Notes: a model not told the origin generated them from the sequence alone. Counted from the first letter of the stretch, positions 24,336-37,509 are shown. The stretch is 64,000 nucleotides of DNA from Mobula hypostoma (GCF_963921235.1 NC_086103.1:76074001-76138000); one strand, 5' to 3'. Translations and numbers: made by a program.

Positions 24336-24877
24336 TCCATCGCCAAGCACTTACACGTATGTAAGTTTGTGTGCAATATGTATGGCACAAGGTGATGAAG
24401 AGAGCGAATGTGGTCTCCCAAATGTCAATAGTATTGGGAGCACCTGGTGCAGAAATTGTCAGGTCTGATGAAAAGTAGCTTCTATTTAACAATATGGATT
24501 AAGCCTATTTTCAGCTGTGATCTGTTCCCAATGATAAGGGAACTTAGCAGCACCTCTCACACGGTTTGCAAAGAAGTTTGTAAGCTTCAGTGTTGAACCT
24601 TGTGGATGATATAGTGAAGTATTTCTAATGCAATGCATGGCTGTTGATCGTTTATGAAGTTAAAGTTGCCTGAAAGAACTTGCATGTGTGACATCAGCCA
24701 GTTACACTGAATGGGTGGCTGTTGGATTAGCATCCTTACTTCCAAGTACTGAAAGTACACGTTCTCAACCCTGCACAAAAAAAAATCATCCTGCTGATGG
24801 TCATGAGAAGATTGTCCATCAGACTGTGAGTATTGAGGCATTTGGGAAAGGTTGGGAAAAATTCACAAAATAATAAT

Positions 24878-25595
24878 GGGGCAGCATGATAGTGAAGCAG
24901 TTAGCATAACATTCTTACAACGTCAGTGACACAGGTTCAATTCCTGCTGTCTGTAAGACGATTGTATGTTCTCTCGAGACTATGTGGGTTTCCTCTTCGT
25001 GCCCTGGTATCCTCTCACTTTCCAAAGATGTCCGGGTTAGTAAAGACGTACGGGTTAGTAAAGATATACAGGTTAGTAAAGATGTCTGGATTAGTAAAGA
25101 CGTACGGTTAGTAAAGACATATGGGTTAGTAAAGATGTCCGGGTTAGTAAAGACATATGGGTTAGTAAAGACGTATGGGTTAGTAAAGATGTACGGGTTA
25201 GTAAAGATGTCCGGGTTAGTAAAGACGTACGAGTTAGTAAAGGTGTACGGGTTAGTAAAGATGTCCGGGTTAGTAAAGACGTACGAGTTAGTAAAGGTGT
25301 ACGGGTTAGTAAAGATGTACGGGTTAGTAAAGACATATGGGTTAGTAAAGACGTATGGGTTAGTAAAGATGTACGGGTTAGTAAAGATGTCCGGGTTAGT
25401 AAAGACGTACGAGTTAGTAAAGGTGTACGGGTTAGTAAAGATGTACGGGTTGGTGAAGATGTCCGGGTTAGTAAAGACGTACGGGTTGGTGAAGATGTAC
25501 GGGTTAGTAGGCTAATCGGTCACCTGGGTGTAACTGGGGAGTGTGGGCTCAATCAGCTGAAAGAAGCTGCTACCATGCTGTATCTCTTTAAAAAA
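24878..25595 (+). mobile_element. V-domain tRNA-derived SINE containing an expanded minisatellite
   Basis: tRNA-like head with B box ggttcaattcc; V-domain gtatgttctc...tgggtttcc...ctcactttccaaaga; SINE resumes at 25509 (aggctaatcggtcac). Confidence 0.75.
25024..25508 (+). repeat. 18-bp minisatellite, 27 units (aaagaYRTMYgggttagt)
   Basis: Counted directly: 26 units of 18 bp plus one of 17 bp. Confidence 0.97.
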
Positions 25596-26407
25596 CTGTT
25601 TTCTTCAATTGCTTTTCCTTCAGGATAAGTTAGAATTTCTGGCAGATGAGGTGATGTTAACCATCATACATTTTTATGTGCATCAGTAAATAAAGACAAC
25701 AATGGAGTGGATATTTACAGAGGTTCGTTACCAAATGATTGATGTCATTCTATTTCCATCTTTTCTTCTTCGTTCCTCTTCCTCTTCTACCAACAGTTCT
25801 GGATTTTCACATTAGTCTTCTGGATTGATATTAATGTATAGCACATATAGACAACATTCTAGATTAAGTGACAGCCGTTGAGCAATGATTCTTCAGTCTT
25901 CCAAATACTACAGTCTCTCCTTCAGCTCCTCTGCATGTCACACAGCAAGGCAGCTGGCTAAAGGTGCCTTTAAATCTTGATCATTTTATTCATTAGGAAT
26001 GCATTGAGTATCCCTTCCCTAACTAGTCTACTAGTTTTTAATAATTATTGTGGCATTATGTTGTTTATTACTCAAAACCACTTGTGGACTTGAAAAATTA
26101 TAGCCATTTCTATTCAGGGAAAACTTGATGGCTACATCTGCATCATCAACAAGTTGTGGGGTTTTTGGAAAGCAGCGTCCCTGCTGTACTTTGCTGTCAT
26201 CAAGAACCTAATGGAAGCTATTCACTGTGGAAAACAAAGCTGCTTTCAATTGTACCTTCATATTTCAACTGAATACTGCAATTGTCACTCAAGGTGGCTG
26301 AGATGGATCTATACAAATATGATGTTTATTCAGAGTGAAAATGGGTTGCCTCTGCCACCACCTGCCCTGGCACACCTACCCTCATCTCCACCTCACACTT
26401 CCCTAAG

Positions 26408-26545
26408 CACAGAGTCATAGAGGTCTCGTGATAGTGCACAGAAACAGGCCCTTACGTCCAACTTGGCCATGCCAACCAAGATGTCTATACGAGCTTGCAC
26501 TGGCCTTTTCTATCCATGTGCCTGCCTAAATATCTTTTAAATATG
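26408..26545 (-). mobile_element. CR1 3' tail remnant
   Basis: cacagaaacaggccctt..tccaac..gccatgcc is the reverse complement of the CR1 tail. Confidence 0.6.
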
Positions 26546-27000
26546 GCTTGGGACGAAGACTTGCATCAGGTAGGTGTGAGAAACTGGAAATGCCGTCATT
26601 CCTATAATTTACAGTAACTGGACAAATCTTCCTTCTCCAAATTAATCATCTTCGAAAGAATTCCATCAGATATTTTCACACTAAACATTCTGGTTGAGGT
26701 TAATGAAGCAGTTGCTGTTACAACAGCACCATGGAATGAAACTTCTGTAAAAGGAAACTTCTGATGTAACAATATTACCGCATCAAACAGCATCAAGCTG
26801 TAATGCACAAAAGATTGAACATGGGCTAATTATCCTTCTCAGTTATGGATCAGTTTTAGATTAAGTTTGTCTCTACTCTTTCAAAACAATTTTTGGAGTA
26901 GTTTTTTTTATCTCCAGCATTTTATTTACGTAATTCTGTGTCTTCATTGTTCATCCCAGTAATACTCAGATCAATTTCAACTGCTTATTACTCATACTCT

Positions 27001-27550
27001 TAGATAAATAGATAGATACTTTATTGATCCCAAAGGAAAGTATAGTGTCAATGTAGCATTACAAGTGCACAAATATACAAATATTAGAAGAGAAGTAAAA
27101 AAGAATTAAAAAACAAGTTCCCTCAAGAGTCTAACAGGAGGGGGGTCATCACTTCCCCAGCTATATGTTGAGTCATTATAGAGCCTAATGGCCGAGGGTA
27201 AGAATGACCTCATATAGTGCTCTTTGGAGCAAGGTGGCAAGCAGAGGGTGAGAAACATTGTCCAGAAATGGCAGGATTTTCCTTCGGGTCCTTTGTTCTG
27301 CCACTGCCTGCAGTATGTCCAGTTTAACTCCTGTAACAGAGACAGCCTTTCTAATCAGTTTATGGATTATGCCATCAACCCATGTTGATGCCATTGCCCC
27401 AGCACACCATTGCAAGGAAAGAATGTACTGGTGACAGACTGGTAGAGCATGTGAAAGAGGGGCCTGCATACTCCAAAGGACCTCAGTCACCTCAGGAGGT
27501 AGAAATGACTTTGGCCCTACTTGTACACAGCCTTTCTGTTGGTGCTCCAC
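27001..27550 (-). mobile_element. Rex1/Babar-like 3' fragment with (tcta)n tail
   Basis: FLR*LRSFGVCRPL and LDNVSHPL motifs; aataaagtatctatctat tail on the minus strand. Confidence 0.7.
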
Positions 27551-27821
27551 TCATCCAGTCTCTTATACTATGTTCTGCATTTCATAGAACTGAGTTATGC
27601 TTTCACTGTGTGATTAAGCACATTCAGCTTTTATTTTGAAATAAGCAGTTTCAGATCTGTATTAGGTTACTTCCTGGGCTGTCAGAAAATAGTAAGTAGG
27701 AATGCACATTGGCTGGCAGAAAGCCAGAGGTTTATGTCAGGAGCAAAAGAAGTTTCTATCTAAAGCCATCGTGCTGTTTCCTCAGCAGAAACATTGCTTG
27801 TAAGTTGACACTATATTGTTT

Positions 27822-28106
27822 AGAAGTTAATATAAAAACCCGAGGACCTGGAGGATGTTGCTGCTGACCGTAACACTTGGCGACAGCTGTGTAGGGATGG
27901 GGTTCGTATTCTGGAGATGGAAAGAACAACCAGAAGACAGCAGAAGAGAGCCAGGAGAAATGCAGCCATGGTTACCACCACTACCACATATACATGTCCC
28001 ACCTGCAGTAGAGCCTGTGGGTCCAGGATAGGACTGTATAGTCATCAAAGATCTCACCGTTAAAGGAGCGGACGTCATCATTGGATTTCGATGGACAACC
28101 GAAGAC
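27822..28106 (+). mobile_element. RTE-clade LINE 3' end
   Basis: EDVAADRNTWRQLCRDG...YTCPTCSRACGSRIGLYSHQRSH* C-terminal C2H2-like finger and short 3' UTR. Confidence 0.8.
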
Positions 28107-29395
28107 CAATAAAATTTTGATGAAATAGAGTGCTATTCTTGACTTTATTAGCCACTAACCTAGATGCTAATGGTTTACACATACTATTTACCTGCTGCAT
28201 TTACTTGTCAGGATCCTATAATATTTACCTGCAGCAAATTTAACTATGTTCTTACTTACCTGTGCATATTTACTTGTGTGAATGGAACAATGTGGTAATT
28301 GCACTGTATTTTGTAGTTATTCAGTTTCACTTATTATCACTATGTTATGCCATTGAGTCTGTAGTAAAACCAAGGAGCTAGGAGGCTATACCTGACTCTC
28401 ATGCCATTTTTGAACGGAGTTTGGCTGACTGTCTAATTAATGTTACAACACCTCAGCAGGGGCACTACAGGCTACATCATTTCCCCATAACTCCTTTCTC
28501 TCTGGTAAACAGCAGATATATTCTAAGCTACATTACAACAGTCTTTTTACATGTTTACATAACACTGGTGCAGAGATATTAGCTGGAATGATATGTAGTT
28601 GTGTAAAATTTGCAAGGGCAGAAGGCACATGTGTTCTTGACCTTGTCACACCGTTGATGCTTCCACTGTCTTGCTGTGAAGAGGCTCCAGTGAAGCTTGA
28701 TGGTGGGTGGGCCAGAGTGAGTGATATTTCTGTCAGTGCTGAGGCATCAGGGCTCCGGGCTGGTACCTGGCCAGCAAGGTGAGTGTGAACCTTCTCTGGG
28801 AACTAGCGGCATCTGCTCCATGCACTGTCAGTCTGCCTGGCTCCTGTGGCTTTTCTTTCATTACCTCCAACTGGATGCGGTGGAAGCTGCTGTCTTCTCT
28901 TCTTCTCAGGCTGCCCCCCCACCCAGAGTAAAGATTTCTCTGTAGTAACAAGCTTAATGTCTAGTGGGGTGCAGTCCTGAAGCCCAGATCTCAATGCTGA
29001 GCAGCTTCAGGCAAAGCCCAGTTCCTTCAACATCACCCCTTCCCTTCCATGCAGTCTGTGACAAATGGGGAACTCATTGCTGCAGGAACACCTGCAGAAG
29101 GCAGGAATTTGCCCAGGTCCTCAGCTCAGCAGGTAGTTTGACTGAATGCCATTGTAACCGAGAATCTGCGGAATAGTACGGTATACTGCAATTATTGGTT
29201 TTCAGTTTCATGGTTGATGGCTTGAGTGACTTTCCAGATGCTGACTAGAAGAGGGAAGGGAAAGTGAGCTCAGTGTTGTACTATTACATGATGAAACCAG
29301 GAGCAGGATGCACAGCGAGCAGCCTCAATCAACCCTTTTATCTTTCACTGCTTGAAAATGTAGTCAAAATGTAAACGTTTTGAAGGACAAGTTAT

Positions 29396-29426
29396 CGCCA
29401 TCTAGTGGGATGGAGGGGGTACTGCA
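29396..29426 (-). promoter_or_regulatory. Candidate bipartite CTCF binding site
   Basis: Minus strand TGCAGTACC-N9-CCACTAGATGGCG: core plus upstream motif at a plausible spacing, in non-repeat DNA. Confidence 0.65.
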
Positions 29427-29834
29427 CATTACAATGTTTTCTGGCTGAAGAGCTCCATACAAAAGCATTGGATGTGTTATTTTAAAAACCGTTGGATGTT
29501 GCAGAATTTTTGAAGAACGTGATTCTATTATTCATTTGTAAGCATTGTTAACTAGCAGCAACTCAACATATTTGCAAAGTTCAAAGTTATGTTTAATTAG
29601 CAACGTAACTCGTCACTATCTGAGTGGAATCCCCATTTTTGTACAGTTATTACTCACAATATAGCTAACATCTCTTGTTATTAAGTACCCTGTGAGCTGT
29701 TCATTGCATAATGATTACAAATTGCTGTTTGTTTGACTGAATAAGAATTACTCCAACAAAATCATCTACTCAACGGATAAGGCAAAATCTTGAATGGCCT
29801 GTTGCTAACAGTTATATATGTTCCTCATTTTCAG

Positions 29835-29911
29835 GTGAAGTGGATGATGTATTGGATAGTATTTGCATTTTTTACAACAGCAGAGACGCTCACAGATATA
29901 ATCCTGTCATG
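29835..29911 (+). CDS. REEP2: REEP2 coding exon (exon 3 equivalent), 77 nt
   Basis: ttttcag|GTGAAG...TCATG|gtgagt; encodes [26 protein letters not shown], the REEP1-4 (TB2/DP1/HVA22) hydrophobic segment; phase 0 to 2. Confidence 0.95.
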
Positions 29912-29961
29912 GTGAGTACAGTAGTATGAAAATGACAACAGTGGAGTTGTGAAATGTATCC

Positions 29962-30780
29962 TGTAGACAAGAAGCAGTCCAACACATAAACAGGTCCTTC
30001 AGCCCACAATGTTGTGCCAAACCAATTAAATTAGTAATCAAATGGCCAATTAAACTAAGGCCTTCTGCCTCTTATTCCATTTCCCTCACATCCATGTCCC
30101 TATCTAAACACCTCTTAAAATTCCCTAATGTATTTTTCACTACCACCACCCCAGGCAACACAATCCCAGCCCCCACCACTCTCTGTAAAAAATACCTTGG
30201 CCCTCACATCTCCCTTGAACTTCCCCCTCTCCACTTAAATGCATGCCTCGGTATTAGAAATGTCAACCCTGGGAAAAAGACACTGTCTGTCTGCTTTATC
30301 TATGTCTTTCATAATCTTACAAACCTCTATCCAGAACGAGGGGTCACAGTTTGAGGATAAAGGGGAAGCCTTTTAGGACTGAGATGAGGAAAAACTTCTT
30401 CACACAGAGAGTGGTGAATCTGTGGAATTCTCTGCCACAGGAAACAGTTGAGGCCAGTTCATTGGCTATATTTAAGAGGGAGTTAGATATGGTCCTTGTG
30501 GCTAAAGGGATCAGGGGGTATGGAGGGAAGTCTGGTACAGGGTTCTGAGTTGGATGATCAGCCATGATCATACTGAATGGCGGTGCAGGCTCGAAGGGCC
30601 GAAGGGCCTACTCCTGCACCTATTTTCTATGTTTCTGTGCTTCTATCAGATCTCCCCTCAGCTCCCCCCCCCCAACTCCAGAGAAAAGAACCCAAGTTTG
30701 TCCAATCTCTCATTATATTACATACCCTCTAATCCAGGTAGCTTCCTGGCAAACCTCTTCTGAACCCTCTCCAAAGCACA
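29962..30780 (-). mobile_element. Older CR1 3' fragment hosting a young CR1
   Basis: ggtccttcagcccacaatgttgtgcc tail; host sequence aaacctctat|cagatctcccctcagc is split by the insert. Confidence 0.75.
30331..30646 (+). mobile_element. Young CR1 3' end
   Basis: RIKGKPFRTEMRKNFFTQRVVNLWNSLPQETV; (ttctatg)n tail; near-identical to 43277-43585. Confidence 0.92.
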
Positions 30781-30954
30781 CTTAGACACTTAGATTATTA
30801 TTGTGTAATACGTGCTCCACAAAGGCTTGTAGCTGTGTGTGCACTTTTCTTTCTGAGTTTTGATCAGCTTTGATGTAGGTCAAAGACTGCCCCTACTCGG
30901 AAACGGGATGAGTGACTGTTAAGAAATCCATCTCATCCACTCAACAAGAGATCC

Positions 30955-31545
30955 ATGGCATGTCACTTATACACAGGTGCAATGAAAACTTGCAGCAGCG
31001 TGACGGGCACACAGCATCAGATAAGCAACATTTGCAAGTAAATCAAGTTATATGCAGTTTTTAAGAAACAATCAGATTAGAGCTAAAAATAAACTCCCGA
31101 TTGAGGGATCAGCAGTGGAAAGGGTGAGCAGTTTCAAGTTTCTGGGTGTCAACATCCCTGAGGATCTGTCCTGGGCCCAACATATTGATGCAGCTACAAG
31201 GAAGGCATGGGAATGGCTATGTTTCATTAGGAGTTTGAGGAGAATTCATATGTCTCCAGAGACACTCTCACAAATTTCTACAGATATACCATGGAGAACA
31301 TCTAACTGGTTGCATCACCAGCCACTTCACAGGATCGGAAAAAACTTCAAACTCAGCCAGCTCCACCAGGGGCACTAACTTTTCCAACATCTTCAAAAGG
31401 CGATGCCTCAAAAAGGCGGCCGTAAGAAATTACAAATTTCTTATTGTAATTTATAGTTTTTTTATTATTATGTATTGCAATGTACTGCTGCCACAAAACA
31501 ACATATTTTATAAGCCAGTGATTTTAAACCTGATTCTGATTAGAT
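30955..31545 (+). mobile_element. Rex1/Babar-like fragments (short inverted 3' end plus sense RT/3' end)
   Basis: VERVSSFKFLGVNIPEDLSWAQHID; tail aaacctgattctgatt. Confidence 0.72.
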
Positions 31546-31963
31546 AAAGCAAAGATTTAAGTCTCTCCATTCTGTCAAAGAGATGATTCCAAGCATTGCC
31601 TACTTTTAGTGAAGTAATGAAAAGTTCTTCCTTAAGTTTTCTTTCCAGCTGTGGAACCCAGGCTCTCATGTTCTAATATGCTGGCTATCTGCACAATAAT
31701 CCCTTTCTGGAATTGCATTGATTGGCACCAGAAAGCAAGCTGTGTGGGTGTGATTCAACTGCTGCTAAAGTGGATGAAGCAATGTTAAGCTTAGAGAAAG
31801 AACTTTACTGACATTTAGTGTCTGTCCTACCATTTGTACAAGATTGTTAGTAAGAAACTGAAAACACAGTTGGAGAATTTGTGGGTCCTGGGGAGATAAT
31901 TTGCAGACTTTCATTAATTACTCTATCTCTCTGCTCAGTTAACCTGCTATTGTGTTCCCACAG

Positions 31964-32084
31964 GTTTCCGTTTTACTTTGAGTTGAAGATAGCTTTCGTT
32001 ATCTGGTTGTTGTCTCCATACACAAAAGGCTCCAGTGTTCTGTACAGAAAGTTTGTTCATCCGACCTTATCCAGCAAAGAGAAG
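31964..32084 (+). CDS. REEP2: REEP2 coding exon (exon 4 equivalent), 121 nt
   Basis: cccacag|GTTTCCG...GAGAAG|gtatca; (W)[40 protein letters not shown], near-identical to REEP2 as I recall it; phase joins exon 3. Confidence 0.96.
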
Positions 32085-32894
32085 GTATCACTGATTAGGC
32101 TGGATTGTAGTTTTTACCACCACACCGATAGAACATCTGGATCCATGTGTAAAATTCAATACCTCACCAAGTTTTAGTGTTTATGCTGATGTTAAACCAG
32201 AAGTCAAAAATGAAACTTGGGGAAGAGGGTTTAATGAATGTTCTATAAAATAATAGCAGTTTGAAAATCATTGTAATTAAAAATTTGAATTTTATTTCCA
32301 TTTGGACTTCCCTTGTCTAGCTTGTGTTTTATCAAACAAGGAAGATCCAGTGCATAAACTTATCTTTGTTTTGTATCTTTCCTCAGTATTTATCAGGCAG
32401 GGACATCATCTTCCTCAGTTGAAAATGAGTAATTTGTTGAAGGAGTTTCATAATCAGAACTGATATCAGGAATATTTGCCATTAATATTGTCATACCTTT
32501 TTAGATGATTGAAAGTTAATGTAGCACCAACATACTGTTTCTGGCACAAATATACAGTACACCTGCCTAAGAATTTTGTGTTGCTTTTAATTGATATATG
32601 GCTCATTCTTAATGCTGTTCATATTAAGGAAAGAGAATTTCAACATGAACCAGGCAATTTCTGTTAAGATCATTTGACCTTGAGTTGCACTGCATCTGGG
32701 AACAGTTAAGTGCTTTCCTTTTGCACTCTTATCAAACAGAAAGGTAATACTCCTACACTAGATAAGTGGTGATTGTGCAAAAAGAGAATCACTGGAAGAA
32801 TCACAAATTCTGCTGAATTTTGTTGGTATTTCTGACTAATCCATTATGTTTGACTCAGAGATCATTGAGCAAATGTCTGTCATTTAATAATTGA

Positions 32895-35380
32895 GAATGG
32901 GCAGCATGGAAACAGGCCTTTGTCCCAACTTATCCATGACTAATCTGCCCATATTTTGCCCTTTAAACCTCTCCTATCCATGTAATTATCTAGATAGCTT
33001 TTAAACACGGCTAATGTGCCTGCCTCAATCACTATTTCTGGCAGCTCAGTCCAAACACACACCACCCTTCGAATGAAGGAGCTCCTCTTATTTTCCTTTT
33101 AAATCTCTTGCCTCTGATCTTAAACATATGCCCTCTTGTTTTTAACACCCCTTCACCAGGAGAAAAGGCTGTGCTTTCACTATGTCTCTGCCCCTCATGA
33201 TCTTATATACCGTCACCCCCTCAATCTCAGTGTAGGTCGGTGACCAGTGGTGTTCTGCAGAAATCTGTTCTGGGACCCCTCCTCCTCATGATTTTTATAA
33301 ATGACCTGGATGAGGAAGTAGAAGGGTGGGTTAGTGAGTTTGCTGAGGGCACAAAGGTTGGGGTTGTTGTGGATAGACTGGAGGGCTGTCAGAGGTTACC
33401 GCAGGACATCAATAGGATGCAAAACTGGGCTGAGAAGTGGCAGATGGAGTTCAACTCAGGTAAGTGTGAAGTGGTTCATTTCGGCTGGTCAAATTTGAAG
33501 ATAGAATATTATATTAATGGTAAAACTCTTGGCAGCGTGGAGGATCAGAGAGATCTTGGGATCTGTGTCCTAGGACACTCAAATCTAATGCACAGGTTGA
33601 CAGTGTTGTTAAGAAGGTGTATGATATGTTGGCCTCTATCAACTGTGGGATTGAGTTCAAGAGCCATGAGGTAATGTTGCAGCTGTATAAGACCTTACTT
33701 TGACCCCACTTGGAGTACTGTGTTCAGTTCTGGTTACCTCACTACAGGAAGGCTGTGGATACTATAGAGAGAGTGCAGAGGAGATTTACAAGGATGTTGC
33801 CTGGATTGGAGGGCATGCCTTATGAGAACAGATTGAGTGAACTTGGCCTTTTCTTCTTGGATGAGGGGTGACCTAATAGAGGTATATAAGATGATGAGGA
33901 GCAATGATCATGTGGATAGCCAGAGGCTTTTTCCCAGGGCTGAAATGCCTGACACAGGGGGCATAGTTTTAAGGTGCTTGGAAATAAATACAAGGGGCAT
34001 ATCAGAGGTAAGTTTTTCACACAGAGAGTGGTGGATGTGTGGAATGTACTGCCAGCATTGGTGGTAGAGGTGGATACAACAGGGTCTTTTCAGAGACACT
34101 TGGATAGGTACATGGAGCTTAGAAAAGTAGAGAGCTAGGCAGTAGGGAAATTCTAGGCAGTTTCTAGAGTATTGTGGGCCAAAGGGCCTGTAATGTGTTG
34201 TAGATTTCTATGTTTCTATTCCAGGAATAAAGTTCTAGTCGACACAACCTCTCCTTGTAATTCTGGCCCCCAAGTCCAGGCAATGTCCTGCACTCTTTAT
34301 AGTAGTTTCATAATATTTTTCCCACAACATTGTGACCAAAACTGTAGAAAAGAATGAAGGCCAGTGTGTCAAATGCTACCTTCACAATCCATTTTATGCA
34401 CGACACTATTTTCAGTGAACTATGCACTTGCACGCTGAGGTCCCTCTGCTCTTTAACAATCCCCAGGAACCTACCATTCACTGTATAAATCCTCCCCTGG
34501 TTTGATCTTCCAAAATGCAGTAGCCCACATTTATCTGGATTAAAAGCCATTTGCTAGTTCTCAGTCCATACACATAGCTAATCACAATCAGCCTTGTACA
34601 TTCACGTCCAAATTATTTATACAAATTACAAATGCCTCAGATCCCAACACTGACGCCTGTGGCACATCTCTAGACTCAGGCCTCTTGTCTGATTAATAGC
34701 CCTCACCATCACCCTCTGCTTTCTACCACTGTCCAATTATGATCTCAACCCACAATCTTCCCCTGGATCCCATCAATTTAACCTCCCAGACTTGACTGCC
34801 ACAGGAGACCTAGTCAAAGGCCATGCTAAAGTTTATATAGATAACATCCTTTACCCTACCTCCATCTACCCTCTTGGTTACTTCTGTGAAGAATTCCAAG
34901 GATTTATCAGACACAAACTCCCACATACAAAGTCATGCTGACTGTCCCAAATCAAATGCTGTTCATCAGAATCCTCTCCAGTAACTTACCCACCACCAGT
35001 GTCAGACTCACTACCCTGTGTTTTCCTTTTGCTATTCTGTTTTAAACAATGGTATCACATTAGCTACTCTCCAGAACTCTGGAACCTCACCTGTGGCCAG
35101 AATTGAAGGAAAAATCTCCGCAAGAGCCTCCACAATTTCCTCTTTATCTTCCCACGAGGTGAGAGATGCACTAGAGTAGGCCCTGGAGGTTTAATCACCT
35201 CAAAGCACCTTAATGCCTCCAATACCCCCTCACTGCTAATTCTTAAGTGATGCAAGACAACCTACCTCAATTTCTTCGATTTCATCATTTACTCCCCAGT
35301 AATATCTGAAGAGAAAGGTTCATCAGAAGTCTCTCCCATTTCCTTTGGTTCCACGCACAGATGATCTTTTATTCTTAATA
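32895..35380. mobile_element. Cluster of CR1 fragments (- 32895-33225; + 33230-34220; - 34240-35380)
   Basis: TSGVLQKSVLGPLL..IFINDLDE; WQMEFN..KC; MAFNPDKC; CR1 tails. Confidence 0.8.
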
Positions 35381-35645
35381 CAACTGTAGAATCTTGAAGG
35401 ATTTATTTATTTAAATATATGAGCAAGAAGCCACACTTCCGACTTACAAACTGCTTGGGTTCTGAACAATTCTCTGGACTGTCATAACGTGGGGAGGACT
35501 CATAGTTTTAAGGGCTTGATGCTCCTTTGGCCAATATAAGCACAGGGATGCTTGAACAATTAAAGCCAACATTTCTAGAAGTGCTGCACATTTCAGATTG
35601 TTGCCTCTTTGTTCTAATTCTGCTCTCTCTTCTGATCATCTATAG

Positions 35646-35759
35646 GAAATTGACGAGTACATAAGCCAAGCCAAAGATCGCAGTTATCAGACCATGATGC
35701 GGTTTGGCAAGCGTGGACTCAATATTGCTGCCAATGCTGCAGTAACGGCTGCCGCTAAG
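35646..35759 (+). CDS. REEP2: REEP2 coding exon (exon 5 equivalent), 114 nt
   Basis: ctatag|GAAATT...GCTAAG|gtgatc; [38 protein letters not shown] (amphipathic-helix region). Confidence 0.95.
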
Positions 35760-35799
35760 GTGATCGTAAAATGCACTTACCACTTTATGTTGTTTAATT

Positions 35800-36660
35800 G
35801 TTAGCAAGAGAAATCAAAGCCAAAGAGAGGGCATACAATAGAACAAAAATTAGTGGGAAGTTAGAGGATTGGAAAGCTTTTAAAAAAACAACTAAAAATG
35901 TCATAAAGATGGAGACGATGAAATACAAAGGTAGCTAGTCAAACATATCAAAGAGGATACTGAAAGTTTCTTCAGATATACAGGTATAAGGAGTAAAAGA
36001 GAGGTAAGAGTAGATATCGGACCGCTGGAAAATGACTCTGGACAGGTTGTAGTCAGGGGCCAAGGAAATGGTGGATGAACTGAATAACTATTTTGCATCA
36101 ATCTTCATTGTGGAAGACGCTAGCAGTATGCCAGAAGTTTGAGAGTGTTAAAGGGTAGAAGTGAGTGAAGTTGCCATTAATTGGGAGAAGGTGCTTGGGA
36201 AACTGCAAGGTCTAAAGGTAGATAAATCACTTGGACTGGATGGTGTACTTCCCAGGGTTCTGAAAAAGGTGGCTGAAGAGATTGTGGAGGCATTAGTAAT
36301 GATCTTTCAAGAAACAATAGATTCTGCCATGGTTCCAGAGGACTGGAAAATTGTAAATGTCACTCCACTCTTCAAGAAGGGAGACAGGCAGAAGAGAGGA
36401 AACTATAGGCCAATTAGTCTGACCTCAGTGGTTGGGAAGATGTTGGAGTTGATGTTAAGGATGTGGTTTTGGGGTATTTGGAGGCACATGATAAAATAGG
36501 CCAAAGTCTGTATGGTTTCCTTAGGAAAAATCTTGCCTGACAAATCTGTTGGAATTTTTTGAAGAAATAGCAGGAGGATAGACAAAGGAGAATGGGTGGA
36601 TATTGTGTACTTGGATTTTCAGAAGGGCTTTGGCAAAGTGTCGCAGATGAGGCTGCTGAA
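35800..36660 (+). mobile_element. CR1 ORF2 fragment
   Basis: PEDWKIVNVTPLFKKGDRQKRGNYRPISLTSVVGK. Confidence 0.85.
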
Positions 36661-36679
36661 CAGGCGATGAGCCCGTGGT

Positions 36680-37270
36680 ATGCCAAGAGTTGTGGGCACT
36701 GCTCACGCATCATGGAAACCAGCCTCCCTTCAAAGGACTCTGCCTGTACTTCTCACCACCTCAGTAAATCAACCAACATAATCAAAGATCCCACCTACCC
36801 TTTTCTTCCCCCTTCCTTCAGGTAGAAGATACAAAAGCCTGAAAGCACACACCACCAGGCTCAAAGACAGCTTTTATCATGCTGTTATAACACTGTTAAA
36901 TGTTTCCCTAGTACGACAACATGCACTTAAAATATACCTCGTTGTGACCCCACACTTTACTGTTCAGCTGTGCTGCATTTTATCTGCACTGTAACCTTTC
37001 AGTCTGCACTCTTTTGTTGTTTTGCCTTGTCGTACGTCAGTGCACTGTCGTATTGAAAACATCATACAGGTGGTAGGCAAGACACATTTTTCCCTGTCCC
37101 TTAATACAGCGCATTTTCTTGTGGCCCAGGGTGGAGCAGTTGCCCCACCAAGCTGTGATGCATCCAGACAGGATACTTTCTATGGTGCTTTGATAAAAAT
37201 CAGTTAGGGTCAAAGGCAACATGCCAGTTTTCTTTCACCTAAGGAAGTAGAGGCATTGGTGAGGGCTCTT
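36680..37270. mobile_element. Rex1/Babar-like fragments (+ 36680-37000, - 37100-37270)
   Basis: IIKDPT...PSGRRYKSLK..TRLKDSF; FYQSTIESILSGCITAWWGN. Confidence 0.65.
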
Positions 37271-37509
37271 GGTTATAGCGTCAGCATGGTGGCTAAGCAG
37301 GCTGTTGAACAGTTTATGTCAGTGAGAAGTTCCTGACATTAAGATTATCTTGTACTTCCTTGTGTTGGGTCAACAAGAATACATTTCAGCTATGATAGCT
37401 ACAGCCACATGCTGATTCTGAGCACTTCTGAGACAACCCCACTGTGTAGTGTGACTGAGAGGAAGGGCAAATTACAGAGGGACAAGATCGAAAAGGGTGA
37501 CGAGTGCAG

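Noticed and set aside
24878-24950. tRNA gene (also 1830-1888)
   Set aside because: Decayed tRNA-derived SINE heads followed by SINE bodies; no intact cloverleaf
25024-25508. CRISPR-like array or repeat protein (ORF 24982-25515, (GLVKTY)n)
   Set aside because: No unique spacers and no cas genes; it is a head-to-tail minisatellite inside a SINE, and the ORF arises because the unit is 18 bp
1-29834. REEP2 exons 1-2
   Set aside because: No sequence encoding the expected FGTLYPAY..YKAVK..N.KEY segment was found by eye; presumed upstream of the window
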